Below are positions 9,001 through 19,221 of a stretch of DNA of 64,000 bases, piece by piece (within the stretch, counting starts at the first letter, position 1; each line of letters opens with the position of its first letter). The notes beneath the pieces are model-generated. The model did not search any database. It saw nothing but the letters and a program-made list of their open reading frames with translations, and was not told the DNA's origin. The position numbers were made by a program, and so were the translations under genes. The stretch is from a bacterium (GTDB lineage: Bacteria > UBA8248), in the NCBI GenBank assembly GCA_965219955.1, contig OZ244799.1:3840001-3904000 (forward strand), written 5' to 3'.

Positions 9001-10827
9001 ATGAAGGCGAAAGAACCCAAGAAGAGAAAAGAAAAGAAAGAAACGGAAATACCCAGCCTGGAAGAGGACTCGGGCAACCATAAAGAGCCCCCGCCCGAAA
9101 CAGCGGAGGTCGCCGAGACGGAAAAAAGCCCGCCCGGCAGGACGGGTCTTCGTGCATCGATTGATTTCAAGGCCAGGGGCGAACCCTTCGTCTGGATCAT
9201 GGGAGGTGCGCTCGCTCTGGGCGTATTGATGATTATCGGTTTTCTCGCGCTCGTCTTGTGGAACGGCATCGTGACGTTCTACCCGGGACCCGTCGAGGTG
9301 GTTACTCTCAAGAACGGCAAGAAAATCGCCGGCGAGCCGTTCCGATCGGAGAGTTTCCGCCCCTCCGAGGAGCAGTTGAAAGGAGTCGACCCGGAATCCC
9401 GGCGCGCCATCCGGGGGGCGGACGGGTTTGCGAGCCGCACGCTCTATAGAATCGGAAATTTCGACATTTATAACGAAGACTTCAAGTGGGCGGTGGCGCA
9501 TCAGGTAGCCAAAACCGAGACGCCGCCCGGCATATTCTTCGTCGAGCGCAGGGAGTGGGGCCCGTTCATCGGTTTTATCAAAACCTTGACGCTCGATGGC
9601 CGCCGGCTCCCGGGCGAAAAAGTATCCCTGGGTACGTTGTACACGGCCCACGATGAGGCGGTCGCTCGCAGGGAAGCCGTTCGCTCCATCGAGGTGGATG
9701 AGATAGGCGCCATCAACTACTACATCGAAGAAGATCGGCTCGCCCTGCGGCGCACCGAACTCGACTACGGGAAGAAGAGTGCGGCGTATCGCACCGAGAA
9801 AGAGAAGTTCGAACGCCGGACGAAGGAGAGGCGGGCCGGATTTACTGTGCTCAAAAAAAGAATCGCCGCTATCAACGAAGAGGATGAGAAATACCAGATT
9901 ACCCTCACGGAGATCGGCGGCCGCGAGAAAAGTTTAAGGCTCTCGGAACTCGTCCGCCTCTACCCGGCCAACGACCTCTCGCTCTTCGGGAAGATGGGCG
10001 TCTATTTCTCCCGGTGGGGCGAGTTTTTGACCGACGACCCACGCGAAGCGAATACCGAAGGCGGCGTCTTGCCGGCGATTTTCGGCACCGTCATGATGAC
10101 GCTGCTCATGGTCGTCTTCGTCGCTCCGTTCGGCGTGGTCACGGCACTCTATCTGCGTGAATACGCCAAGCAGGGCACCCTGGTCTCCATCGTACGCATC
10201 TGCGTGAACAACCTCGCGGGCGTGCCCTCCATCGTCTACGGCGTGTTCGGCTTGGGGTTTTTCGCGTACACCATCGGAATTAGAATCGACCAGTTGTTCT
10301 ACCCGGAAAAGCTGCCCAACCCTACCTACGGGACCGGCGGTCTTCTGTGGGCGTCATTGACGCTGGCGCTACTCACCGTTCCCGTGGTGATCGTGGCGAC
10401 CGAGGAGGCGCTCGCCGCCGTTCCCCGCTCCATGCGGGAGGGTTCTCTCGCCTGCGGCGCCTCGAAATGGCAGACGATTCGCAACATCGTCCTGCCCCAG
10501 GCCATGCCGGGGATTATGACCGGCCTCATACTGGCGATGGCGCGCGGGGCGGGCGAAGTCGCGCCCCTCATGCTCGTGGGGGTGGTGAAGCTCGCGCCCG
10601 AGCTTCCTTTCGACTCCTTCTTCCCGTTCCTGCACCCCGAGAGGAGCTTCATGCACCTGGGTTTCCACATCTACGACGTGGGATTCCAGTCCAGGAACTC
10701 GGAAGCGGGGAAACCGATGGTTTTCGTCACGACGCTTCTTCTGATCGCAATCATCGCTTTCATGAACGCTTTCGCCATCATGATTCGCAACCGCCTTCGC
10801 CGGAAGTTCGTGGAAGGCCAATTTTAG
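9001..10827 (+). CDS. pstA: Phosphate ABC permease PstA with extended soluble domain
   Basis: PREANTEGGVLPAIFGT, NNLAGVPSIVYG, ARGAGEVAPL. Confidence 0.92.
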   Translation: MKAKEPKKRKEKKETEIPSLEEDSGNHKEPPPETAEVAETEKSPPGRTGLRASIDFKARGEPFVWIMGGALALGVLMIIGFLALVLWNGIVTFYPGPVEVVTLKNGKKIAGEPFRSESFRPSEEQLKGVDPESRRAIRGADGFASRTLYRIGNFDIYNEDFKWAVAHQVAKTETPPGIFFVERREWGPFIGFIKTLTLDGRRLPGEKVSLGTLYTAHDEAVARREAVRSIEVDEIGAINYYIEEDRLALRRTELDYGKKSAAYRTEKEKFERRTKERRAGFTVLKKRIAAINEEDEKYQITLTEIGGREKSLRLSELVRLYPANDLSLFGKMGVYFSRWGEFLTDDPREANTEGGVLPAIFGTVMMTLLMVVFVAPFGVVTALYLREYAKQGTLVSIVRICVNNLAGVPSIVYGVFGLGFFAYTIGIRIDQLFYPEKLPNPTYGTGGLLWASLTLALLTVPVVIVATEEALAAVPRSMREGSLACGASKWQTIRNIVLPQAMPGIMTGLILAMARGAGEVAPLMLVGVVKLAPELPFDSFFPFLHPERSFMHLGFHIYDVGFQSRNSEAGKPMVFVTTLLLIAIIAFMNAFAIMIRNRLRRKFVEGQF

Positions 10828-10842
10828 TGGAGATGAATTGAA

Positions 10843-11673
10843 ATGGTGTCCAACGCGGTAATGAGCGAGCAGGAAGCCGAATTCGAAACGACGGCGTATC
10901 ACCCCGTTGAAAGTGAACTGGGCAGCGTCATCGACATCGACGACTTCAGCTTCTGGTACGGCGAGAAACAGGCCCTGTTCGACAACACCATGAAAATCCA
11001 GAAAGAACTCGTCACCGCCCTGATCGGCCCTTCGGGCTGCGGAAAATCCACGCTCCTGCGCGCGCTCAACCGCATGAACGACCTGATCGACGGCATCCGC
11101 AGTGAGGGGAAGATTGCGATTGAGGGAATCGACATTCACGACCCGCGCGTGGAAGTCATCGAGCTTCGCAAGCGCCTCGGCATGGTTTTCCAAAAGCCCA
11201 ACCCCTTTCCGATGTCGATTTTTGAAAACGTGGTTTACCCCCTGCGGGTGGACGGCATCCGCGACAGGAATCTCCTGGAGGAGACCTGTGAGCGCTCCCT
11301 GCGCGACGCCGCGCTGTGGGACGAGGTGTCCGACCGCCTCCAGGACAACGCGCTCGGCCTCTCCGGCGGCCAGCAGCAGCGCCTGTGCATCGCCCGGGCG
11401 ATTGCCTCGGAGCCCGAGATCATTCTGATGGACGAGCCCTGCTCGGCGCTCGACCCGATCGCCACGGCCCGGATCGAGGATCTGATAGCGCAACTCAAGG
11501 AGAATTTCTCCATCGTCATCGTGACGCACAACATGCAGCAGGCCGCCAGGGTATCCGACAACACGGCCTTCATGTTCCTGGGCCGGTTGATTGAATACGG
11601 AGAAACGAAGAAGATATTCATGAACCCCATGAACGTGCGAACCTCCGATTACATCACCGGCCGATTCGGCTAG
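10843..11673 (+). CDS. pstB: Phosphate ABC ATP-binding protein
   Basis: [46 protein letters not shown]. Confidence 0.96.
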   Translation: MVSNAVMSEQEAEFETTAYHPVESELGSVIDIDDFSFWYGEKQALFDNTMKIQKELVTALIGPSGCGKSTLLRALNRMNDLIDGIRSEGKIAIEGIDIHDPRVEVIELRKRLGMVFQKPNPFPMSIFENVVYPLRVDGIRDRNLLEETCERSLRDAALWDEVSDRLQDNALGLSGGQQQRLCIARAIASEPEIILMDEPCSALDPIATARIEDLIAQLKENFSIVIVTHNMQQAARVSDNTAFMFLGRLIEYGETKKIFMNPMNVRTSDYITGRFG

Positions 11674-11692
11674 GCGACGTAGGAGATATGGT

Positions 11693-12376
11693 ATGACACT
11701 GACAAGTGGCAAAGCACACACGAGTTCGGAATTCGAGAGCGAACTCCAGGAACTCCGCCGCGTTCTCCTGGAGTTGGGCGCCAAGGTGGAGGCGATGATG
11801 GCGAAGAGCATCGAAAGCCTCACTCGCCGTGATTCGGGTATCGCCCAGACCGTCATCGAAAGCGATTCGGAAGTCAACCAACTCGAAGTCGACGTGAACG
11901 AGCTTTGCCTGCAAATCGTGGCGCTCCGGCAGCCGACCTCGGTGGATCTGCGCTTTATCACGACGGGCTTGAAGATCGCCTCGGACCTCGAGCGGGTGGG
12001 CGACCTGGCCGTCAACGTCTGCGAACGGGCGCTGGAGTTGAACGAGGAGCCTCCGCTCAAGCCCTATATCGAAATACCGCGCATGGCCAGCGCTTCGAGC
12101 CAGATGCTGCGCGAGAGCCTGGACAGCTTCATCAAGGAAGACGTCGTGCTGGCGCGCAAGGTCATAGCGAGCGACGACGAGGTGGACGACATGAACGAGG
12201 AGTTGTTCCGCGAGCTTCTCACCTACATGCTGGACAACCCGCGCAACATCAGCCGCGCGACCCGCCTGACGTTCATCTCCAAATACTTCGAGAGAATCGC
12301 CGACCACGCGACGAACATCGCAGAGGCCGTCCTCTTCATGGTGGAAGGCCGGAACCCGAGACGCGAACTCGTGTAG
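11693..12376 (+). CDS. phoU: Phosphate signalling protein PhoU
   Basis: DLERVGDLAVN and FERIADHATNIAE repeats. Confidence 0.95.
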   Translation: MTLTSGKAHTSSEFESELQELRRVLLELGAKVEAMMAKSIESLTRRDSGIAQTVIESDSEVNQLEVDVNELCLQIVALRQPTSVDLRFITTGLKIASDLERVGDLAVNVCERALELNEEPPLKPYIEIPRMASASSQMLRESLDSFIKEDVVLARKVIASDDEVDDMNEELFRELLTYMLDNPRNISRATRLTFISKYFERIADHATNIAEAVLFMVEGRNPRRELV

Positions 12377-12524
12377 TCCCGCACTCGTTCGCCTCAATAT
12401 GTAAGTATTCCAGGTATATTCGCCTACTTGTATCCCGGGTTTGTTCGAACACGTTTGCGCTTGTATTCAATCAGCGCGAGGTAAGAGACAAGCGATTCCA
12501 GGTCCATTCTTCTCAATTCGAGGA

Positions 12525-13013
12525 TTATTTCCCCTTGAGAAGTTCGGGCCAGTTCTTGTCGCCCAGTTTGATGTTGCCGGGGATGTCCTGCTCCCAGGCC
12601 TGCTGAACGCCCTTGCTGTAGTTCAGGTAGAGCCTGCCGTCCACGATCTTCCAGGCTTCGGGGACGATGCTGGCCGTGTAGCCCCGGCTCACGGCGTATG
12701 CGCAGTAGCCGCCGTAGCGGGGAGCGTATTTTTCAGGAGTTGCGCGGAACAGATCGCGGTTTCGCTCGCTCGCGAAATACCATGTCGCGCCCTTCCACTT
12801 GTGGGAGAAGGCCTTCTTTCCCTCTACGGGTTTGCTCTCGGTGAAATAGGCCACCGGGTCGTATCCCCGGATGGCGCCGCCCAAAAGGGTGGAGTAAACG
12901 GGCGCGATGGCCGCGGCCGAAACCGGTAGAGCCAACAAAAAGGCGGCGAGCCACATGGCTGTCCATACTCGGTAGCTTCGGAGTGTCCGGGGCGTTTGAT
13001 TTGGTTTTCGCAT
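12525..13013 (-). CDS. Secreted YHS-domain protein
   Basis: AIRGYDPVAYF, PEKYAPRYGGYCAYAVS, IVDGRLYLNY; start uncertain. Confidence 0.85.
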   Translation of the reverse strand: MRKPNQTPRTLRSYRVWTAMWLAAFLLALPVSAAAIAPVYSTLLGGAIRGYDPVAYFTESKPVEGKKAFSHKWKGATWYFASERNRDLFRATPEKYAPRYGGYCAYAVSRGYTASIVPEAWKIVDGRLYLNYSKGVQQAWEQDIPGNIKLGDKNWPELLKGK

Positions 13014-13142
13014 CTCTCGATACTTCCTCTGAAAATCAGGTAGCGGCGGCGTTGCGGGCTCATCCATGCCCGCAGGCTCAAGGCTCTCGCATTATACCAA
13101 AAACCCGCAGAATTCGTTTCGCAGCCGCGGCTAAAAAAACCA

Positions 13143-13820
13143 TCAGGGATCATAAAACTCCGGCAGGGTGAGATAGCCCTCGCGCGGCAGTTCATTGCTT
13201 AACGGGAGGCCCTGTCTTAGCTTCAGCCTCTGGACGGTTCTTAAATGCGCGAGCACGTTCCAGTAGATGTGGCGCAGGACCGCGCCGATTTCCAGGTGGA
13301 AAAGGCCGGGGCGCTCTTCGTCTTCCGTAAGGCCGAAAGGATGCAGGCGGACGGACATTCTGTGGTAGTCGACGGGCTTGTGGGGGTCTCCCGGGCGTGA
13401 GGCGTCCGGGTCGGTGTAGTAGGCGAACGACAAGGAGCGCAGCCTCTCCTCACTTTCCTTGTTGATGATTTCACAGCAAAGCGCGGCCCAGGGCCGCATG
13501 AAGTCAACGACGGCTCTCCTGTCGCCGGCCGCCTCGGGCGGGACGTGGCGGATGCCTGAGTCGATGAGATTGGCGATGAGTCCGGCGGAATCCGGGAAAG
13601 TGTAGCCTTCCCTCAAAAGCACTTCCCCGGCCCGCCTGGACAGCCACACGGGCGTCATGAGGGCGATGTGGCGGATTTGCAGATCCATCGACCAGCGCGC
13701 CCAGGGCGGCTCCTCGTTCGCGTAGCACATCTGCTCGTGGGTCAGCCCCTCGACTTCCCCGTAGACGAGGTCTGGATAGTTTTCGAGAGCGATCTTCAAT
13801 TCATTCCATTCTTCATTCAT
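13143..13820 (-). CDS. DinB-like hypothetical protein
   Basis: WSMDLQIRHIA and C-terminal RHIYWNVLAHLRTV resemble DinB/YfiT helices; GGAGGTG-like RBS. Confidence 0.55.
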   Translation of the reverse strand: MNEEWNELKIALENYPDLVYGEVEGLTHEQMCYANEEPPWARWSMDLQIRHIALMTPVWLSRRAGEVLLREGYTFPDSAGLIANLIDSGIRHVPPEAAGDRRAVVDFMRPWAALCCEIINKESEERLRSLSFAYYTDPDASRPGDPHKPVDYHRMSVRLHPFGLTEDEERPGLFHLEIGAVLRHIYWNVLAHLRTVQRLKLRQGLPLSNELPREGYLTLPEFYDP

Positions 13821-14013
13821 CGGCTTTCACCTCCGGGGCAGGTTTTCTCCGGGCGGAAGAATTATACCTTCTTGTAAGCAGGGGAAAAGGAGAGTAGAAT
13901 TTTCTCATCCATTCGAATCTTTTTGCATTGGTTTTCACGCTTCTATGCGTTGTGCTCTTCGGTATCCTCGCCAGGAGGATACTTTCCATTCCTGTTCAGG
14001 GAGGGTAGTGCCA

Positions 14014-15003
14014 ATGGCAAGAAGAATCATACCCATCTTATTCGTTGCCGCAGCGTTTCTCCTCGCCCAGGGAGCGTCGCCCGCCCTGGGGGCCAAGAAG
14101 GTCGTCATCAAAGTGGGCCACATGTACAGCAACAAGAACCCCACCCATTACGGGGCCATCGAATTCGGCAAGATGCTCGACAAGCTCAGCAAGGGAACCA
14201 TGGAGGTGCAGGTGTTCCTGAAGGGCCAGGTCGGCGACGGCAAGACCCAGCTGCAGTCGGTTCAGTTGGGCGCGATCCAGGCGACGTTCCAGGGGCTCAC
14301 GCAGTTTCCCGCATACGACAGCCTGAACCTCCCCTATTTCTGGAAGAGCACCAAGCACGTGCGCACCGTCGCCAACGGGCCGCTTTTCGAGCGCTGGCGC
14401 AAGGATTTTTTGAAAAAGCGCGGCACGATCATGGTCAGCGTCATCAACCGGGGCGCGCGGCACGTGCTCTCGCGCAAGAAGCCGCTCAAGACGCTCGCCG
14501 ATTTCAAGGGGCTTAAAATCCGCGTTCCCCAGGCGCCCCCCTGGGTGCTGGCCTTCCGGGGACTCGGCTCGAAACCCACGCCGATGTCCTGGGCGGACGT
14601 GTACAACGCCATGCTGCTCGGCACGGTCGACGCCATGGAGAACACCCTGGAGACGCTCTACACCAACAAGTTCTACGAAGTGGGCAAACACCTGACGCTC
14701 ACATCGCACCTCTCCTCGACGTCGTATTTCATGGTGAACGACAAGTGGCACAAGGGCCTGAACAAGCAGCAGCGCAAGTGGTTCGACGACGCGCTGGCCA
14801 AGGGCATCGCCCACGCCCAGAAGGTCTACACCGACCTCGAGAATGCCTATCTGGACAAGTTCAAGAAAAAGGGCGTGAAGATCTACAACATCAACGTGGA
14901 TGAATTCGCCAAGAAGACGGCCTCGGCCGCGGAGACCATCGGCACGAAGGGATGGGGCAAGGACTTCTTCGCGAAGGTCAAGGCGACACGGGCGAAGTTC
15001 TAA
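14014..15003 (+). CDS. dctP: TRAP transporter solute-binding protein
   Basis: DFKGLKIRVP, PTPMSWADVY, VDAMEN, KFYEV; signal peptide. Confidence 0.9.
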   Translation: MARRIIPILFVAAAFLLAQGASPALGAKKVVIKVGHMYSNKNPTHYGAIEFGKMLDKLSKGTMEVQVFLKGQVGDGKTQLQSVQLGAIQATFQGLTQFPAYDSLNLPYFWKSTKHVRTVANGPLFERWRKDFLKKRGTIMVSVINRGARHVLSRKKPLKTLADFKGLKIRVPQAPPWVLAFRGLGSKPTPMSWADVYNAMLLGTVDAMENTLETLYTNKFYEVGKHLTLTSHLSSTSYFMVNDKWHKGLNKQQRKWFDDALAKGIAHAQKVYTDLENAYLDKFKKKGVKIYNINVDEFAKKTASAAETIGTKGWGKDFFAKVKATRAKF

Positions 15004-15054
15004 AGCAGCAGCTTCTCAAGACGCGCCGGGCAAGCCTCACGGCGCAGCAAGAAA

Positions 15055-15093
15055 CAAAACACCGCCGGATATGGTGAGCCGGCGGTGTTTTTT
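15055..15093. terminator. Bidirectional intrinsic terminator
   Basis: AAAACACCGCCGG..CCGGCGGTGTTTT between convergent dctP and dctM. Confidence 0.75.
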
Positions 15094-15102
15094 CGTGTCG
15101 TC

Positions 15103-16389
15103 TTATTGGACCGGCAGAAGCAGGTTCGGAAGCCACATGACGAGCGGCGAGTAATAGACGATGGCGAACAGCGTGACGATGAGCGGGATATAAAAAGGCG
15201 CAGTGGCCCGCACGATGGTCCAGAAGGGTATTTTCGTGATGTCCGAGACCACGTATAGCGCAAGGGCGAACGGCGGCGTGAGGTTCCCGATGACGAGGTT
15301 CAGCACCATGAACACGCCCAGGTGCACCAGATCGATATCCAGCGCCTGGGCGATGGGCAGCATGACCGGCGTAACGATGAGCAGCAGGGGGGTGGGCTCC
15401 ATCACCATGCCGCCGATGAGCAGGAATATGTTGAGCGCGAAGAGGATGAGCCACTTCTCCTGCAGTGCGGTCATCAGGAAATGGGCGAAGATGAAGGGGA
15501 CGCGCTCGATGGTGATGAGGCGCGTGAAGACCGAAGCGGCGGAGAATATGAACAGCACCACCGCCGTATAGATGATGACCGAGGAGAGGATGCGGGGCAG
15601 ATCGGCGGGGCGGACCTCCTTGTAGACCACCATTCCGAGAAAGAGAGACCACGCCACGGCGAGCACGGCCGCCTCGGTGGGCGTCGTGGCGCCCGAGCCG
15701 ATGCCGCCCAGGATGATCGCGGGCGTCAGCAGCGCCAGAAAGGCGGAGCGGAAGCTCTTCCATATCTGAGCGAGAGAGGCGCGCGGGTATTTCTTGTACC
15801 CCCGGTTGCGGGAGATGAAATAGACGATCACCATCATCGCGGCGCCCATGAAAAAGCCCGGAATCACGCCGCCCAGAAAGACGCGCCCCGCCGATTCCTC
15901 GGCGATGCTCGCGTATATCACCATGATGATGCTGGGCGGGATGATCGGCCCGATGCACGAGCTCGCGGCCGTGACGGCTGCGGAGAAGGGCTTGTCGTAG
16001 CCCTCCTTGGTCATGCCCTCGATTTCCACGCGGCCCAGCCCCGCCGCGTCGGCGAGCGCCGAGCCGGACATGCCCGCGAAAATGATGCTGGCGACGATGT
16101 TCGCGTGTCCCAGGCTGCCGGTTAAGTGGCCCACCAGCGTTTTGGCGAAGTCGAAAATCCTGTCCGTCACCTTCGATATGTTCATGACCTGGGCGGCGAA
16201 AATGAACAGTGGAATGGCGATGAGCGAGTAATGCTCCAAAGAGCCGATCATGATGCTCGCCAGGAAGGTGACGGGCATCTCGGAGAGGAACGTCAGGTAA
16301 AACAGACAGGTGAATACCAGGGCGAAGGCTATCGGCGTACTGAACGCGAGGAAGAAGAAGAACAGCAAAACGAGAATCAAGGCGTTCAT
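15103..16389 (-). CDS. dctM: TRAP large permease
   Basis: FAGMSGSALADAA, IGPIIPPSI, TPTEAA, GNLTPP. Confidence 0.93.
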   Translation of the reverse strand: MNALILVLLFFFFLAFSTPIAFALVFTCLFYLTFLSEMPVTFLASIMIGSLEHYSLIAIPLFIFAAQVMNISKVTDRIFDFAKTLVGHLTGSLGHANIVASIIFAGMSGSALADAAGLGRVEIEGMTKEGYDKPFSAAVTAASSCIGPIIPPSIIMVIYASIAEESAGRVFLGGVIPGFFMGAAMMVIVYFISRNRGYKKYPRASLAQIWKSFRSAFLALLTPAIILGGIGSGATTPTEAAVLAVAWSLFLGMVVYKEVRPADLPRILSSVIIYTAVVLFIFSAASVFTRLITIERVPFIFAHFLMTALQEKWLILFALNIFLLIGGMVMEPTPLLLIVTPVMLPIAQALDIDLVHLGVFMVLNLVIGNLTPPFALALYVVSDITKIPFWTIVRATAPFYIPLIVTLFAIVYYSPLVMWLPNLLLPVQ

Positions 16390-16405
16390 GCCGGTTACCT
16401 CTCGC

Positions 16406-17074
16406 TCAGACCGCCGGGGAACTCCGGTGTCCCAGTTCCGCCTTGCCGGTGATCAAACCCAACAGCTGCCGCCCCGAGTGGATGAGCATCAGGGTCATTC
16501 CCACCGGAAACGACGCGCTCTGGTAGGTCTGCGGGAACTCGAGCGCCGAAGAAGGATAGGTCCATTCCAGAATCGCCACCTGAATCCCCTGGTAGAGGAG
16601 CAGCAGCAGCGTCAGGAAGATGAGGACTTCGGCGATGGTGTAAATTCTTCTCTGCAAATTCTCCGTAAAGTGACCGACAAAGGTTTCCATCGCCAATTTC
16701 TCGCCGTGCTTGTATGCGAGCGCGGCTCCCACGAAGACGGCCCAGTGGAAACACAGAAGCGTGATTTCCTCGGCCCACACGATGGGGTCGTTCAGGACGT
16801 ACCGGAAATATACCTGCATGAAGACGAGATAGCCGATGGCTGCCAGGAAGGGGAACGCGAGGATTTCCTCCAGATTACGCAGCAGGAACACCCCGCCTTC
16901 GAACCTTACCTGGCGAACGAGGTATACGATGAGGCAAATGATGAGGATGACGGGGACGATGTAGTGAAAAAGCGCGGGGCTGACGATCAGGAGCGGCGGC
17001 TGTAGCAGCGTTATGAAAACCCAGGAGACGGCCTCGAACAACGCCACGAAAGGTAGAAATATCCACTCCGACAC
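16406..17074 (-). CDS. dctQ: TRAP small permease with extra N-terminal TM segments
   Basis: QVYFRYVLN..WAEEI..WAVFVGAALAYKHGE. Confidence 0.85.
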   Translation of the reverse strand: MSEWIFLPFVALFEAVSWVFITLLQPPLLIVSPALFHYIVPVILIICLIVYLVRQVRFEGGVFLLRNLEEILAFPFLAAIGYLVFMQVYFRYVLNDPIVWAEEITLLCFHWAVFVGAALAYKHGEKLAMETFVGHFTENLQRRIYTIAEVLIFLTLLLLLYQGIQVAILEWTYPSSALEFPQTYQSASFPVGMTLMLIHSGRQLLGLITGKAELGHRSSPAV

Positions 17075-17188
17075 GACATGACCCCTTATGGGGAAGCGAA
17101 TGTCCGATGCCAGGGATTTCCCTTTTTCAGTATGTCCACATTGTGCAGAAGCATGGAGCCGGGGTCAACCGGTCGTTTTCGGGGCCGG

Positions 17189-18289
17189 TCAGAGGTCGCG
17201 CCAGGGCTGGAGCACGGTCTTCACCTGTTCTTCCTCGGGGAACTCCCCGCCCGTGATGCGCACGGCGCGCTCCGCCTCGGCGAGCGGGAAGCGGTGGGTC
17301 ACCATCTCCGTGAAGGGATAAGGCGAGTGCACCGCGAAATCGAGCGCGCCCCGCACGGCGTCGCTCGTGTGGCTGTATGCGCCCTGAATGCGGATTTCGC
17401 CCCACACAAGGGGGTCGAGTTCCAGAGTCCCCTCTTTCCCGCCCGTGAGTCCGGCCAGCACCACCGTTCCCATCCTCCGCACGAGCCGGGGGGCGAGGCC
17501 CGCAGCAGCCGGATTGCCCGTCACGTCGACCACCACGTCCGCCATGCGCCCGCCGGTGAGCTGGCGGACTTCTTCTTCGGGGTCTTTTGCCTCGACGTCG
17601 ACTGCGTGGTCCGCGCCGAAGCGTTTCGCCTCCTCCAGGCGCTTTGCGTCGCGCGCGAGGCCGGTGACGATCACCTGTCCCGCGCCCGTGTGCTTCGCCA
17701 CCGCGCACGCGCAAAGACCCTGGGGTCCGGGACCCAGCACCACCACGGCGTCGCCGACAGAGATGCCGCCCAAGTCGTGCGCCCACCGCACCCCGTTCGC
17801 CAGCACGGCGGTGATGAGCACGGCGGATTCATCGGTGAGGCCGTCGGGCGCCTTGTGGATGCCCGCGCCCGGCGGCAGGTAGACGTATTGCCCGTAAGCG
17901 CCCCACAGGTGGGGCGGCTCCGCGCAGGAGCGCACGCTGCCGTAGACCATCGCGTCCTTGCACAGGCGGCGGTTGCCGGTGTGGCAGTACCAGCACTGGT
18001 TGCAGCCCACCTGCGCCTCCACCACGAGGCGGTCGCCCTCCTTGACGCCGAGGCGCTTCCGGACGTTCTTGCCGACCCTGGCGAGGCGGCCCACCATCTC
18101 GTGGCCCATGATGATGGGATAGCTCCACCGGTGGGCGACCTTACCGCCAAAATACTTATAATCCGACGAGCAGACGCCCACCATATCGACGTGGAGCAGG
18201 CCGTCCTCATCGCCGATTTCGGGCAGGGGGAATTCCTGCAGACTGATTTTACCTGGCGTCTCTACGACGGCTGAAACCTCATGCGTCAT
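17189..18289 (-). CDS. Zinc-dependent alcohol dehydrogenase (MDR family)
   Basis: GVCSSD, GHEMVG, CNQCWYC..C, GPGPQG. Confidence 0.9.
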   Translation of the reverse strand: MTHEVSAVVETPGKISLQEFPLPEIGDEDGLLHVDMVGVCSSDYKYFGGKVAHRWSYPIIMGHEMVGRLARVGKNVRKRLGVKEGDRLVVEAQVGCNQCWYCHTGNRRLCKDAMVYGSVRSCAEPPHLWGAYGQYVYLPPGAGIHKAPDGLTDESAVLITAVLANGVRWAHDLGGISVGDAVVVLGPGPQGLCACAVAKHTGAGQVIVTGLARDAKRLEEAKRFGADHAVDVEAKDPEEEVRQLTGGRMADVVVDVTGNPAAAGLAPRLVRRMGTVVLAGLTGGKEGTLELDPLVWGEIRIQGAYSHTSDAVRGALDFAVHSPYPFTEMVTHRFPLAEAERAVRITGGEFPEEEQVKTVLQPWRDL

Positions 18290-18322
18290 GGTTATCTCCT
18301 GTCGGATTCGCAGGTTTTGGCG

Positions 18323-18979
18323 TCAATCGGTGTCGAACTTCTGCGCGAGGCGGGGGAAGAGGTCGCGCATGGATTCTCCCCCCGCAATGCGCCCTTTGAC
18401 CTCGTTTTCGATGTCCCGAATCCGGGTGACTTGCCGCCTCACCTTTTTCAGAGCGCTTTGCGGGACGACGGCCACGCCGTCGATGTCCGCGACGACGATG
18501 TCGCCCGGTTCCACGCGAACCCCGCAGCAGGTGACGGGCTCGTCTTTCGCCACCACTTCCAGGCGCTTCGGGAAGGCGAGGCTCCACACCGATTTGCTGA
18601 ACACGGGGAAATCGAGGTCGCGGAGCGCTTCCAGATCGCGCGTGGCACCGTCGATCACGCAGCCGAGGGCGCCGCGCCGCTTGCAGACGCTGCTCGCGCC
18701 TCCGCCCCAGACGGCCAGGGGAGAGCCCGCCGCGTCGACCACGACTACGGACCCTTCCGGCACTTCCTCCACCGCGTCATAGAGGCTGAACAGCGCCTTG
18801 GCGCCCGGGTTCCGCACCGGTGCGAACACCATGGTGGCGGCCGGTCCTGCGAACCTGGGATAGCTCTCGGGCGCATTGGGCCGGGGGCCTTCCATAATGA
18901 GGTTCAGCCCCAGTGCCGTTGCGGCGTCGCCGAGCGTCGCCGTGTCGACGTCCGAGAAAAAAGCCGCGTCAGAATCCAT
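18323..18979 (-). CDS. RraA family / HMG-aldolase-like protein
   Basis: AVWGG, IDGATRD, VEPGDIVVADIDGV. Confidence 0.88.
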   Translation of the reverse strand: MDSDAAFFSDVDTATLGDAATALGLNLIMEGPRPNAPESYPRFAGPAATMVFAPVRNPGAKALFSLYDAVEEVPEGSVVVVDAAGSPLAVWGGGASSVCKRRGALGCVIDGATRDLEALRDLDFPVFSKSVWSLAFPKRLEVVAKDEPVTCCGVRVEPGDIVVADIDGVAVVPQSALKKVRRQVTRIRDIENEVKGRIAGGESMRDLFPRLAQKFDTD

Positions 18980-19221
18980 GCGGGTCTCCTTTTATGTTGA
19001 AGACTTGGCTGCGCGCATCCGCCATGTTCAGGACGAGAGCAGTATAATCGTTCCACGAGAAAAATACATAAGAACCCGCCGCATTGGCATTCACCGGGTC
19101 TCGGGATGCGGATTTCCCCAGCCATCCTCATGTATGCCCGCATCCCCAAGCCGGGTGAACAAACACCCCCGTTCGGGCTAAGATGGGTTCATCGTCCAGG
19201 TCTTTTTTGAACAGGGAATCC

